Positions 1-8,622 of a stretch of DNA of 64,000 bases are shown here, piece after piece. The DNA comes from Candidatus Eiseniibacteriota bacterium (GTDB lineage: Bacteria > Eisenbacteria > RBG-16-71-46). The stretch lies in assembly GCA_963717935.1 (NCBI GenBank), contig CAVQXP010000004.1, positions 1,888,001 through 1,952,000 of the forward strand, read 5' to 3'. The position numbers and the translations under genes are program-made. Below the pieces are notes generated by a model. That model made no database searches. It saw nothing but the letters and a program-made list of their open reading frames with translations, and was not told the origin of the DNA. Positions within the stretch are counted from its first letter, which is position 1; every line of letters begins with the position of its first letter.

Positions 1-491
1 CGATCCTGAACGTCGGCTCGGAGATGACGAACATCAACATCATCCAGGCGGGCGTGCCGTACTTCACCAAGGATCTGCAGGTGGGCGGCACGACGTTCGT
101 CGAGGCCGCTCAGCGCAAGTTCAACCTGAGCCAGGCCGAGGCGGCCGCCGCCGTGCGCGGCGAGTCGGGCTCGAGCCTCGAGCTCGCGCCGGTGATCGAA
201 CAGGCATGCGAGGGGCTGGCGACCGCACTCGAGCGCGCGCAGGCGTTCCTGCGCACCTCGGGCGAGGCGGGAGCCATCTCGCGCATCATGCTCTGCGGTG
301 GAAGCGCGCTGACGCCGGGCGTGCCGGAGTTCCTGCAGCGTCGCTTCGGCGTCACGACGGAGATCGCCAACCCGCTGACCCGTGTGGCCTATGACCCCGC
401 GCTGTTCGCCGGGCAGGACGTCATGAAGGTGGCGCCGCTTCTGACGGTCGGGATCGGACTCGCGCTGCGCCGCGTGGGAGACAAGAAATGA
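1..491 (+). CDS. pilM: Type IV pilus assembly protein PilM (5'-truncated by window edge)
   Basis: Frame is open upstream of the called ATG (ILNVGSEMTNINI). Actin-like motifs IMLCGGSA and terminal VGIGLALR are present; first gene of a pilMNOPQ array. Confidence 0.9.
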   Translation, partial: ILNVGSEMTNINIIQAGVPYFTKDLQVGGTTFVEAAQRKFNLSQAEAAAAVRGESGSSLELAPVIEQACEGLATALERAQAFLRTSGEAGAISRIMLCGGSALTPGVPEFLQRRFGVTTEIANPLTRVAYDPALFAGQDVMKVAPLLTVGIGLALRRVGDKK

Positions 492-1057
492 TCCGGATCA
501 ATCTCCTCCCCGGGGAGGAAAGGCGGCAGCGCAAGGCCGCGGTCGCGCTGAAGGTCGGGGACCTGGTGGTACCGCTTGCCTTGTTGGTGGCGACGGCGCT
601 GATCGTGGCCGGCACGGCGTTCTCGCAGCGCACCCGCGCGGACGGCCTCGTACGTTCCATCGCGGAAGTGGACGCGCAGTCGCGCCTGCTGGCGCCCCAG
701 ATCGAGCGGGTCAACCGGCTGGCGCAGGAGCGCGCCGAACTGGACCTGCGGCTGGGCATCATCGGCAGGCTGCAGAAGGGACGCACCCAGAGCGTGCGGC
801 TCATGGATGAGCTGGCGCGCTGCATCCCCGAGCACCTGTGGGTCGGCGCCGTCAACCAGGAAGGCGGGACGACGCTGACCGTGGAGGGCACCACCCTCTC
901 GAACCTCGTGGTCTCGGACCTCATGTCGCGGCTCGAGCGCTCCCCGCTCTTCGCGAACGTGGAGCTCGACGTGGCCGAACAGGCGGCCATCGAAGCCCGC
1001 GACGTCGTCCGCTTCCGGGTGACCTGCCAGGTCACGCCGGACGAACCGGCCCAGTAG
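488..1057 (+). CDS. pilN: Type IV pilus assembly protein PilN
   Basis: N-terminal MIRINLLP signature, single TM segment, coiled coil; ATGA-type overlap with pilM. Confidence 0.93.
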   Translation: MIRINLLPGEERRQRKAAVALKVGDLVVPLALLVATALIVAGTAFSQRTRADGLVRSIAEVDAQSRLLAPQIERVNRLAQERAELDLRLGIIGRLQKGRTQSVRLMDELARCIPEHLWVGAVNQEGGTTLTVEGTTLSNLVVSDLMSRLERSPLFANVELDVAEQAAIEARDVVRFRVTCQVTPDEPAQ

Positions 1058-1067
1058 GGAGAACGCC

Positions 1068-1712
1068 ATGGCCAACCTCGATCTCAAGAACCCGATGGTG
1101 CAGAAGACCGTGCTCAGCGTGCTCCTGTCGGGCGGCCTGCTGGCGGTCTTCTTCTTCACGCACTTCCTGCCGTTCGGCTATCCGAACCAGCAGGACCGGC
1201 TCAACGTGCTCAAGACCGACTTCGAGCGCAAGTCCACCGAGCTGGCCCGGGCGCGCACGACGGTGGCGGACCTGCCCCGTTTCGAAGCCGAGTACGAGCA
1301 ACTGCACGACCGCTGGCTGCTGGCGGCCGAGTTGCTGCCGACGGACCGGCAGCTGGGCTCGCTGTTGCGCAAGATCACGCTCGCCGGGCAGGAGACGGGG
1401 GTGCAGTTCGTGCGCTTCAAGCCCACGGCCGCGAAGACGGAGACCTACTACACCGAGATGCCGGTGCAGATCGCGGTGAGCGGCGGCTACCACCAGGTGG
1501 GGTCGTTCCTTGCGGAACTGGCGAACCTGCGCCGCATCGTGACGGTCACGAACATGCGCCTCAAGACGAACCCGGGGCTGTCCGACAACCCTCTCGCCAC
1601 GACGGCCATCGAGCTCACTGCGTCGGCCTACAGCCTGAACACCTCGTCGACGGTCGCGCCAGTGAAGGAAGCTCGTAAGGAGGGAGGCTCGGATGCGCGC
1701 AAGTCTTCGTAA
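1068..1712 (+). CDS. pilO: Type IV pilus assembly protein PilO
   Basis: TM plus coiled coil, LLP motif, YxEMPVxIxVSGGYHQVGSFL...LRRIV motif; SD GGAG upstream. Confidence 0.92.
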   Translation: MANLDLKNPMVQKTVLSVLLSGGLLAVFFFTHFLPFGYPNQQDRLNVLKTDFERKSTELARARTTVADLPRFEAEYEQLHDRWLLAAELLPTDRQLGSLLRKITLAGQETGVQFVRFKPTAAKTETYYTEMPVQIAVSGGYHQVGSFLAELANLRRIVTVTNMRLKTNPGLSDNPLATTAIELTASAYSLNTSSTVAPVKEARKEGGSDARKSS

Positions 1713-2466
1713 GCGGACCCCGGACACCGGTGCCGCGCATGCCGCGGCGCGCAGGAGTGCCGGCGTCGCGCTGCTCGTAGCGTGTGCCGGTCTGGTGGCG
1801 GGAACGGCCCTGGCGGGCTCCTCGGTCGAGGCGCGCGCCATCGCCGCCGCACGGCAGGTCGCGGCGCGGGCCGAGACCTGCGCACAGACTCAGAACGTCG
1901 TCGCGGGCGTGTCCACGCCCCGAGGAAAGCCGGTCCCGGCGAAGGCCGTGGCCCCGGCGAAGACCGTCCCGGCGGCGGCCGCGATCCCGGCAAAGGTCGG
2001 GAAGCCCGCGGTCCGCGCGTCGGTGGGCGGCAAACCCGTGGTGGCGGCATCCGTTCGCCCGAGGGTCGCGGCGACGGCCGCCTCGATGCGGTCAACCATG
2101 AATCCGGTGCCGTCGCCGTCGGCCGCGCGACTCGACGACCAGGTGACGTACCAGTACAACGCACTGGGTCGGCGTGATCCGTTCATGCCGCTCGTGGGCG
2201 GTGGGGAGTACGTCGCGATCGAAGCCCCGCTCGAGGTCGGCGCCATGCAGGTCGTCGGCATCGTGTGGGGGACGCAGGACAAGTTCGCGATCATCGAGGA
2301 CGGCCGCGGGAACAGCACGGTGCTGCGCCCGGGCGACAAGGTCATGAACGGAGTCGTGGAGGGCCTGAAGCGGGACGGTGTCGTCGTGAACCTCACCGTG
2401 GACGGCCAGACGCAGTCGGTGACCATCCCACTGACGCGGAAGGGAGATTCGAATGCGAACCGCTAA
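1693..2466 (+). CDS. pilP: PilP-like pilus assembly protein with long Ala/Pro/Lys/Val-rich linker (start uncertain)
   Basis: Y-x-Y...RRDPF motif followed by beta domain VVGIVWG...AIIEDGRG...GD; lies between pilO and pilQ. Confidence 0.8.
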   Translation: MRASLRKRTPDTGAAHAAARRSAGVALLVACAGLVAGTALAGSSVEARAIAAARQVAARAETCAQTQNVVAGVSTPRGKPVPAKAVAPAKTVPAAAAIPAKVGKPAVRASVGGKPVVAASVRPRVAATAASMRSTMNPVPSPSAARLDDQVTYQYNALGRRDPFMPLVGGGEYVAIEAPLEVGAMQVVGIVWGTQDKFAIIEDGRGNSTVLRPGDKVMNGVVEGLKRDGVVVNLTVDGQTQSVTIPLTRKGDSNANR

Positions 2467-3806
2467 GCTCCTGGCGAGTCTGTTGCTGATCGCCGGCGCT
2501 GCCCTGGCCGCCCTCGCGCCCGTCTCGGCCAGCGCGCAGGATTCGGGCACCATGAAGCAGGTGGGCCTCGTCCGCACCAGCTCGGGGACGTTCAGCCTCG
2601 ACGTGGAGGGCGCGGACATCCGGACGGTGCTGCGCGCCATCTCCGAGTTCAGCGGGCGCAACATCGTCGTGAGCGGGAACATCAGCGGCAAGGTGCGGGT
2701 CTCCCTCAAGAACGTCGGGTGGCAGGACGCGCTGCGCACCGTCCTGCGGTCGAGCGGCCTGGACTACGTCGAGGAGAACGGCATCCTGCGCGTGGACGAG
2801 ATGCAGAAGCTCCAGGCGGAGGGGGTCGAGCGCGAGACCGCCCGGGCCAAGCAGCAGGAGCTCATGACGCTCGAGACCCGGGTCGTGAAGCTCAACTACG
2901 CCAACGCGGGCGAACTCACCAGCGCCCTGATGGGCTCGTTGACCAAGCGCGGCTCCATCCTGGTCGAGAAGCGCACGAACTCTCTCATCATCAGCGACCT
3001 GCCCGAGCGCGTGGGCCCGGTCGTGAAGATGGCGCTGGATCTGGACACGGCCACGCCGCAGATCGAGATCACCGCGAAGCTGGTGGACGTGGACGTGGAG
3101 GCCCTGCGCGGCCTCGGGGTCGAGTGGAACATCGCGCCGGTGATGCCCGAGTTCTGGGGCGGCGACGCCCTGCCCGGCGGCGGCGCTCTGCACAACAGCG
3201 ACCGCACGCTCAACATGTCCGGTGAGCAGAATACCGGGCTCGGCGATCCCGCGAACCGGTTGACGTTCGGTCTCTTCAAGAACTGGGCGTCCATCGAGGC
3301 CCAGCTCCAGACGCTGGAGCAGAATCGCAAGGCCAAGATCATCTCGAACCCCCGGATCACGACGGTGGACAACCGGGAGGCCAAGATCCTGGTCGGACAG
3401 AAGATCCCGCTGATCGTGCAGGACGTGGCGGGGAACCCGGTCTCGCAGTTGCAGACCATCGGCATCCTGCTCAGGGTCACGCCGCACCTGACCGCGGACA
3501 AGAAGATCGTCATGGACCTCCACCCCGAGGTCAGTGACCTGTCCACGCAGAGCACCGTGCAGGGCGGCGTCATCATCAACACGAGCGAGGCCGACACGCG
3601 CGTGATGGTGGACGACGGCCAGACGGCCGTCATCGGCGGCCTGATCCGCACCAACGAGGGCAGCGTGCGCCGCGGCGTGCCGTACCTGAAGGACATCCCG
3701 CTCCTCGGGCTGCTGTTCAGCTCCACCAACACGCGTGAACTCGAACCGCGAGCTGATCATCTTCGTCACCCCGCGGATCATCAATCCCATCGCCAGCAAC
3801 GAGTAG
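2453..3806 (+). CDS. pilQ: Type IV pilus secretin PilQ (+1 frameshift near 3734; true stop TAG 3804-3806)
   Basis: Secretin motifs SLDVEGADIRTVLR, IISNPRITT, GVPYLKDIPLLGLLF. The terminal RELIIFVTPRII appears in the next frame just after ~3734. Confidence 0.92.
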
Positions 3807-3822
3807 GCCGAAGCATTCCCGA

Positions 3823-3852
3823 GGCGGCCGCCGGTCTCGACCGGCGGCCGTT
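3823..3852 (+). terminator. GC-rich hairpin after pilQ (terminator or mRNA-stabilising stem)
   Basis: GGCGGCCGCCGGT-CTCG-ACCGGCGGCCGTT 13-bp stem including two G-U pairs; only a weak U tail. Confidence 0.45.
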
Positions 3853-3884
3853 CGGCGTTCCGGGCCCGGGCCCCGCGGGGCGCT

Positions 3885-3912
3885 TTGCCGCGCCCCGCGA
3901 TGCGGTTAGGCT
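3885..3912 (+). promoter_or_regulatory. Putative sigma70-type promoter for leaderless aroK
   Basis: TTGCCG-N16-TAGGCT; ATG starts 7 nt after the -10 box; no SD. Confidence 0.45.
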
Positions 3913-3919
3913 GGCGGCC

Positions 3920-4471
3920 ATGACGAACGCGGATGCGCGCCCCATCGCCCTCGTGGGGCTGATGGGCGCTGGCAAGAGCGCGGTGGCCCGTGCCCTGGGC
4001 GAACGCCTGGGAGGGGCCGTGGCCGACCTCGACGCGATGGTGGAGGCGGAGCGGGGCTGCTCGGTCGCCGAGCTCTTCGAGCGCGAGGGGGAGCCCGCGT
4101 TTCGGAGGCTCGAGGGCCGCATCCTCGAGCAGGCGCTGGCCGCCGGCGCGGGCGTCATCGCCTGCGGCGGGGGCATCGTGCTGGACCCGGCGCACCGCGG
4201 TGCGCTCGCGGCCCGGTGCCGGGTGGTGTGGCTCGAGGTCAGCCCGGGCGCGGCGGCGCGGCGGCTCGCGAGCGCCGCGGGCTCGCGGCCGCTGCTCGCG
4301 GCGGGCGTGGCAGGAGAGACCGCGGTTCCGGTCCAGCGGCTCGGAGAGCTGCTGGCCGCGCGCCGGCCCCTCTACGAGCAGGTGGCGCGGGTGCGCGTCT
4401 CGGTCGAGGACCGCACCGTGGACGAGGTGGCGGACGAGGTGCTCCGCGCGCTGGGCGGGCGGGCGGGATGA
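3920..4471 (+). CDS. aroK: Shikimate kinase
   Basis: LVGLMGAGKS P-loop, DLD, FEREGEPAFR, CGGG, RPLL motifs; conserved pilQ-aroK linkage. Confidence 0.93.
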   Translation: MTNADARPIALVGLMGAGKSAVARALGERLGGAVADLDAMVEAERGCSVAELFEREGEPAFRRLEGRILEQALAAGAGVIACGGGIVLDPAHRGALAARCRVVWLEVSPGAAARRLASAAGSRPLLAAGVAGETAVPVQRLGELLAARRPLYEQVARVRVSVEDRTVDEVADEVLRALGGRAG

Positions 4472-5301
4472 GAGGGCGCCGGCGGACCCTCGCGCGGGTG
4501 GTGGCGACGGTGGCGCTGGGAGTGGTCGCGGCGTGTGCGCCGCGGCCGTCGACGATGGCGCCTGTGACCGGAGGGGCGCGCGTCGAGCGCTACCTGTCGC
4601 AACTGTCCCGGCGCGAGCAACGGGCGGCCATGGTCGAGGGTGTCGCCACGATCTGGCCGCGGGCCTTCGCCCTCTGCGAGACCTGCCCGCCCCGTCGGTT
4701 GCCCGCCCTCCAGGCGGGGATCGTCCTGGCCTGGCCGGACGCCTTCCGGCTGCGCGTCGGCTCGGCCTTCGGCACGGCCCTGGATCTCGGCCTGGTGGGC
4801 GACTCGATCATGGCCCATGCGCCGGCGCAACGCTGGGGCGTGGCGCTCGACGCGACGAACGACTCGGTCGGGCCGGAACAGCCGGGACGGCTCGCAGTGC
4901 GTCTCGTGAGCGCCGCGTGGCGACCGCCGCCGCCGGCGTGGGCGCGGGGGAGCTGGGAGGGCGACCTGCTCGTCCTGCGCTGGAGCGACGCGGCGGACTC
5001 CGTCGCCGTGGCGGTCGACGAGGCCGGCACGCCGATCTGGGCGCGCGTGTGGCGGGGCGTGCGGTGGGGGGTGGTCGTTCATTACGAGCGCTGGGAGGTC
5101 GTGGACGACGTGGCCTGGCCGGTCCTGCTACGGGTGGGGATGCCGGGGCGTGGGTTCGATCTCACCTGCCGTGTCGATCGAGTGACGTTCCGCGCCCGTC
5201 CGGACCGCTCCCGGCTCGCGGTGCGCATCCCTGCGGATGCCGACCGGCTCGGGCTCGACGGGCTGCGCGGCCTGCTGGAGCGGGTGGGGGACGTGCGGTG
5301 A
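4468..5301 (+). CDS. Putative lipoprotein, LolB/DUF4292-like beta-rich fold (tentative)
   Basis: Basic N-terminus, hydrophobic stretch and lipobox VAAC; PDxFRL motif and C-terminal WP-x-LRV beta pattern; overlaps the aroK stop. Confidence 0.5.
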   Translation: MRGRRRTLARVVATVALGVVAACAPRPSTMAPVTGGARVERYLSQLSRREQRAAMVEGVATIWPRAFALCETCPPRRLPALQAGIVLAWPDAFRLRVGSAFGTALDLGLVGDSIMAHAPAQRWGVALDATNDSVGPEQPGRLAVRLVSAAWRPPPPAWARGSWEGDLLVLRWSDAADSVAVAVDEAGTPIWARVWRGVRWGVVVHYERWEVVDDVAWPVLLRVGMPGRGFDLTCRVDRVTFRARPDRSRLAVRIPADADRLGLDGLRGLLERVGDVR

Positions 5302-5921
5302 GTCCGGTCCTCGTGCTGTTGCTCTCGGCCATGCTGACGGTGTCCGCCCCGGGCACGCCCGCGGCCGCGGCCCGGGCTCCGCTCGGCTCGAGCCGGGCGC
5401 TGCTCGCGCGGTTGCGCTCGTCGGGCCGGGCGGAGGCCGCGGTGCGGCTCAGCCGACTCGACCCGCTCAGCGGGCGCACGAACGTCGTGCGCGGGCGGCT
5501 CATCCTGGAACTGCCCCGGCTCGCGCGCCTGGAGTTCGAGGACGGCCAGCGGTTCACCCTGCGCGATGACGGCGGCGACTGGCTCCAGCCCGCGGCGCGT
5601 CAACTCGTGCGCGCGGGGGCCCGCTCCGCCGGGGGAGCGCTCGTGTGGTGGGGGGCGCTGCTGGACCCGCAGGCGACGGGGGTCCAGGAGCGCAAGGTCG
5701 CCGCACGGCAGTACGTGCTCACGCGCCCGGGGGTCGGCCAGGCGCTGGCGCAGCGAGTCGAGCTGGGCGCGGACGGGCTGCCGTGCCGCCTGACGGTGGA
5801 AGCGAGCGCGGGCGAGCGCGTCGAATACCGTCTCACGCGCTGGCGCTTCGTGCGGTCGCGCGGCCGGGCCGACTTCGTGCTCGAGGCCCCGGCGGGGTTC
5901 GAAGTCGTGGAGATGCCCTGA
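5298..5921 (+). CDS. LolA-like periplasmic lipoprotein carrier-fold protein
   Basis: GTG start with signal peptide; GRLILELPRLARLEF resembles the LolA G-x-l-x-x-x-RP-x-x-R region; C-terminal FVLEAPAGFEVVE resembles LolA F-x-F-x-P-P-x-G-V-x-V. Confidence 0.6.
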   Translation: MSPVLVLLLSAMLTVSAPGTPAAAARAPLGSSRALLARLRSSGRAEAAVRLSRLDPLSGRTNVVRGRLILELPRLARLEFEDGQRFTLRDDGGDWLQPAARQLVRAGARSAGGALVWWGALLDPQATGVQERKVAARQYVLTRPGVGQALAQRVELGADGLPCRLTVEASAGERVEYRLTRWRFVRSRGRADFVLEAPAGFEVVEMP

Positions 5922-5981
5922 GGCCCGTCGGCCCTGGCCGCTCGAGGGGCGCGGCGGCGCCGCCGGCGCGGCACGCCTCGC

Positions 5982-6010
5982 TTGACACCCCCCGGAGGCT
6001 CGCGGAGACT
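5982..6010 (+). promoter_or_regulatory. Putative sigma70 promoter for rsmD-coaD-pta
   Basis: TTGACA-N17-GAGACT immediately upstream of rsmD. Confidence 0.45.
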
Positions 6011-6021
6011 CGCCGTCCTTC

Positions 6022-6600
6022 GTGCGCGTGATCGCAGGCATCCTCGGGGGGCGCCGGCTCAAGGCGCCGCGCGGCCGGGACACCCGGCCGACGTCGGACC
6101 GCGTGCGCGAGTCGCTCTTCATGGCGCTCGAGCCCCTGGAGGGGCAGCGGGTCGTGGACCTGTTCGCGGGCTCGGGGGCGCTGGGGATCGAGGCGCTTTC
6201 GCGCGGTGCGGCCCGGGCGGACTTCGTCGAACGCGACGCGGCCGCGCGCCGGGTGCTCGAGGAGAACCTCGAGTCGCTCGGACTCGTCGAGTGCAGCCGG
6301 GTGTGGGCGCTCGAGTTGCCGCGCGGGCTGGAGCGGTTGCGCGAGGAGCTCGGCCGGGCGGACCTGGTGCTGGCGGACCCGCCGTACGGGGGAGGGCCGG
6401 CGCGGGAGGTGCTGGAGGTGCTGGGGCGGCCGGGGATCCTGAGGCCGGGAGCGCGGGTGGTGCTCGAGCACCACGCGAAGGACGAGGTGCCGGAGTCGAA
6501 CGGACGTCTCGCGCGGGTGCGCGCGCGGCGGTACGGCGAGACCATGGTGTGCACGTACCAGGTGGCGGATGCATCCGCTGCCGAGGAGCGAGGGCGATGA
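6022..6600 (+). CDS. rsmD: 16S rRNA m2G966 methyltransferase
   Basis: MRVIAG..GRRL, RPTSDRVRESLF, DLFAGSGALGIEALSRGA, DPPY. Confidence 0.95.
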   Translation: MRVIAGILGGRRLKAPRGRDTRPTSDRVRESLFMALEPLEGQRVVDLFAGSGALGIEALSRGAARADFVERDAAARRVLEENLESLGLVECSRVWALELPRGLERLREELGRADLVLADPPYGGGPAREVLEVLGRPGILRPGARVVLEHHAKDEVPESNGRLARVRARRYGETMVCTYQVADASAAEERGR

Positions 6601-7169
6601 GCACGAGCCGCACGGCGCTGTTCCCCGGGACGTTCGATCCGATCACCAACGGCCACCTGGATCTGGCGCGGCGGGCGGTGCATCTCTTCGACCGCGTCGT
6701 GGTGGCGGTGGCGGACAGTCCGTCGAAGGGCGTCCTGTTCACCCTGGAGGAGCGCGTCGAGATGATCCGCGTCGCCACGCGGGGGATGAAGCGCGTGGAG
6801 GTGGTGTCGTTCGGGGACCTGGTGGTGGACTGCGCGCGCCGGGTGGGCGCCCAGGTGATGATCCGGGGCCTGCGGGCCGTGAGCGATTTCGAGTTCGAGT
6901 TCCAGATGGCGCTGATGAATCGCCGGCTCTCGCCGCGGCTCGAGGTCGCCTTCCTGATGCCGAGCCAGAAGTACACGTACCTGAACTCGACGCTGGTGAA
7001 GGAGGTCTCGCGCCTGGGGGGCGACGTGACGGACCTCGTGCCCCGGCTGGTGGCGGAGCGCCTGCGGGCGCGCCTGCGGCCGGGGACGATCCCCGCGGCT
7101 CGGACGCGCAGGCCGGCGCGGGTGACAGGGCGGAAGCCGGCGCGGGTGGCGAGGCGGAAACCGGCTTGA
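6597..7169 (+). CDS. coaD: Phosphopantetheine adenylyltransferase with basic C-terminal tail
   Basis: FPGTFDPITNGHLD, IRGLRAVSDFEFE, NSTLVKE motifs; conserved rsmD-coaD linkage. Confidence 0.95.
   Translation: MSTSRTALFPGTFDPITNGHLDLARRAVHLFDRVVVAVADSPSKGVLFTLEERVEMIRVATRGMKRVEVVSFGDLVVDCARRVGAQVMIRGLRAVSDFEFEFQMALMNRRLSPRLEVAFLMPSQKYTYLNSTLVKEVSRLGGDVTDLVPRLVAERLRARLRPGTIPAARTRRPARVTGRKPARVARRKPA
7107..7166 (+). repeat. 2.5 copies of a 24-bp imperfect repeat encoding R(R/K)PARVxx in the CoaD tail
   Basis: cgcaggccggcgcgggtgacaggg / cggaagccggcgcgggtggcgagg / cggaaaccggct. Confidence 0.7.
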
Positions 7170-8162
7170 GCGCGATTCTGGAGCGCATCCGGCGCGACGG
7201 CGCGGTCGCGGCCGCAGCGCGTGTTGCTGGCGGAGGCGGACGACGAGCGCGTCGTGCGCGCGGCGGAGAAGCTCGCGCGCGAGCGCATCGCCGAGGTCGG
7301 CGTCGTGGGCTCCCGCACCGTGCTGAGAGCGACGGCGCGCAGGGCGGGGGTGGGGCTCGGCGGCGTCGAGGCCATCGAATCGAGCGAGGCGGCCGAGATC
7401 GCGCGCACCGCGGCGGAGTTGCGCGCCGTGCGCGGCGACCGGCTGAGCGGCGCCGACCTCGAGCGCCACGCGCGCGATCCGCTCTTCCAGGCGGCCTGCC
7501 GCGTTCGCCTGGGGCTGGCGGACTGTTTCGTGTGCGGGGCGGTGCGGACCACGGCGGACGTGCTGCGGGCGGCGCTGTATCTGGTGGGACTCGTCCCGGG
7601 CACGAGGACCCTGTCCTCATTCTTCCTGATGGTGCTGCCCGGCGCCGGCGGGCGGGAGCGCGCGCTGGTCTTCGCGGATTGCGCGGTCGTGCCCGATCCA
7701 TCCGCGGAGCAACTCGCGGACATCGGCATCATGGCGGCCGAGCACTTCCAGCGCCTGATGGAGGAGATCCCGCACACCGCCTTCCTGTCGTTCTCGACGC
7801 GCGGCTCGGCCGATCACCCGCACGTGGCGAAGGTGCGGCAGGCCGTGGCCCTCGCGCGTGAACGGCGGCCGGACCTGCATCTGGACGGCGAGTTGCAGAT
7901 CGATGCCGCCATCGACCCGGAGGTGGGCCGCAGGAAGGCCCCCGGCAGCGTGGTCGCGGGGTACGCGAACGTGCTCGTCTTCCCCGATCTGGATGCGGGG
8001 AACATCGGATACAAGCTGGTCCAGCGGCTGGCGGGTGCGCAGGCGTACGGCCCGATCCTGATGGGGCTCGCCCGGCAGGGCAACGACCTCTCGCGCGGAT
8101 GCAGCGCAGCGGATGTCGTCGAGACTGCTACGATCGCCTGCGCGCTTTCCGCGACGAGTTGA
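7166..8162 (+). CDS. pta: Phosphate acetyltransferase (TTG start; frameshift near 7192)
   Basis: E-x-x-[56 protein letters not shown]. Confidence 0.92.
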
Positions 8163-8177
8163 GGGAGGACGGTCTCC

Positions 8178-8610
8178 ATGCCCACCTACGACTACCGGTG
8201 CCGGAAGTGCGGGCACCAGTTCGAGCTCTTCCACGGCATCAAGGACGACGTGCCGAAGCGCTGCCCGAAGTGCAGGGGAGGGGCGCAGCGCGTCCCGGCG
8301 GGCGGGGCGGGCGTGCTCTTCAAGGGGAGCGGTTTCTACGTCACCGACTACCGGAGCAAGGCGTACAAGGAGAAGGCGCGCCAGGAGAAGTCCGCGGGTG
8401 GCGGAAGCGGCTCGACGGGTGGCGGAAGCGGCTCGACGGGTGGCGGAAGCGGCTCGACGGGTGGCGGGAGCGGCTCGACGGGTGGCGGGAGCGGCTCGAC
8501 GGGCGGCGGGAGCGGCTCGAGGGGCGGCGGGAGCGGCTCGACGGGCGGCGGGAGCAGCTCGCGGGTGGGGGAGTGGTCCGACGGGCGGCAAGACGCCGTC
8601 GGGCGGCTGA
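8178..8610 (+). CDS. FmdB-family zinc-ribbon putative regulatory protein with Gly/Ser repeat tail (probable frameshift ~8562; the called frame would run to 8738)
   Basis: MPTYDYRCRKCGHQFE...CPKC...FKGSGFYVTDY signature; SD GGAGG; the alternate frame ends GSGPTGGKTPSGG-TGA at 8610, just before the next ATG. Confidence 0.85.
8397..8561 (+). repeat. Tandem 21-bp repeat, ~8 copies (GGGSGST)
   Basis: ggtggcggaagcggctcgacg x3, then variants ggtggcgggagcggctcgacg / ggcggcgggagcggctcga(c/g)g. Confidence 0.95.
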
Positions 8611-8622
8611 GAGCCGGCGCGG

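Noticed and set aside
8397..8561. Possible CRISPR-like array
   Set aside because: Contiguous in-frame tandem repeats with no spacers and no cas genes.
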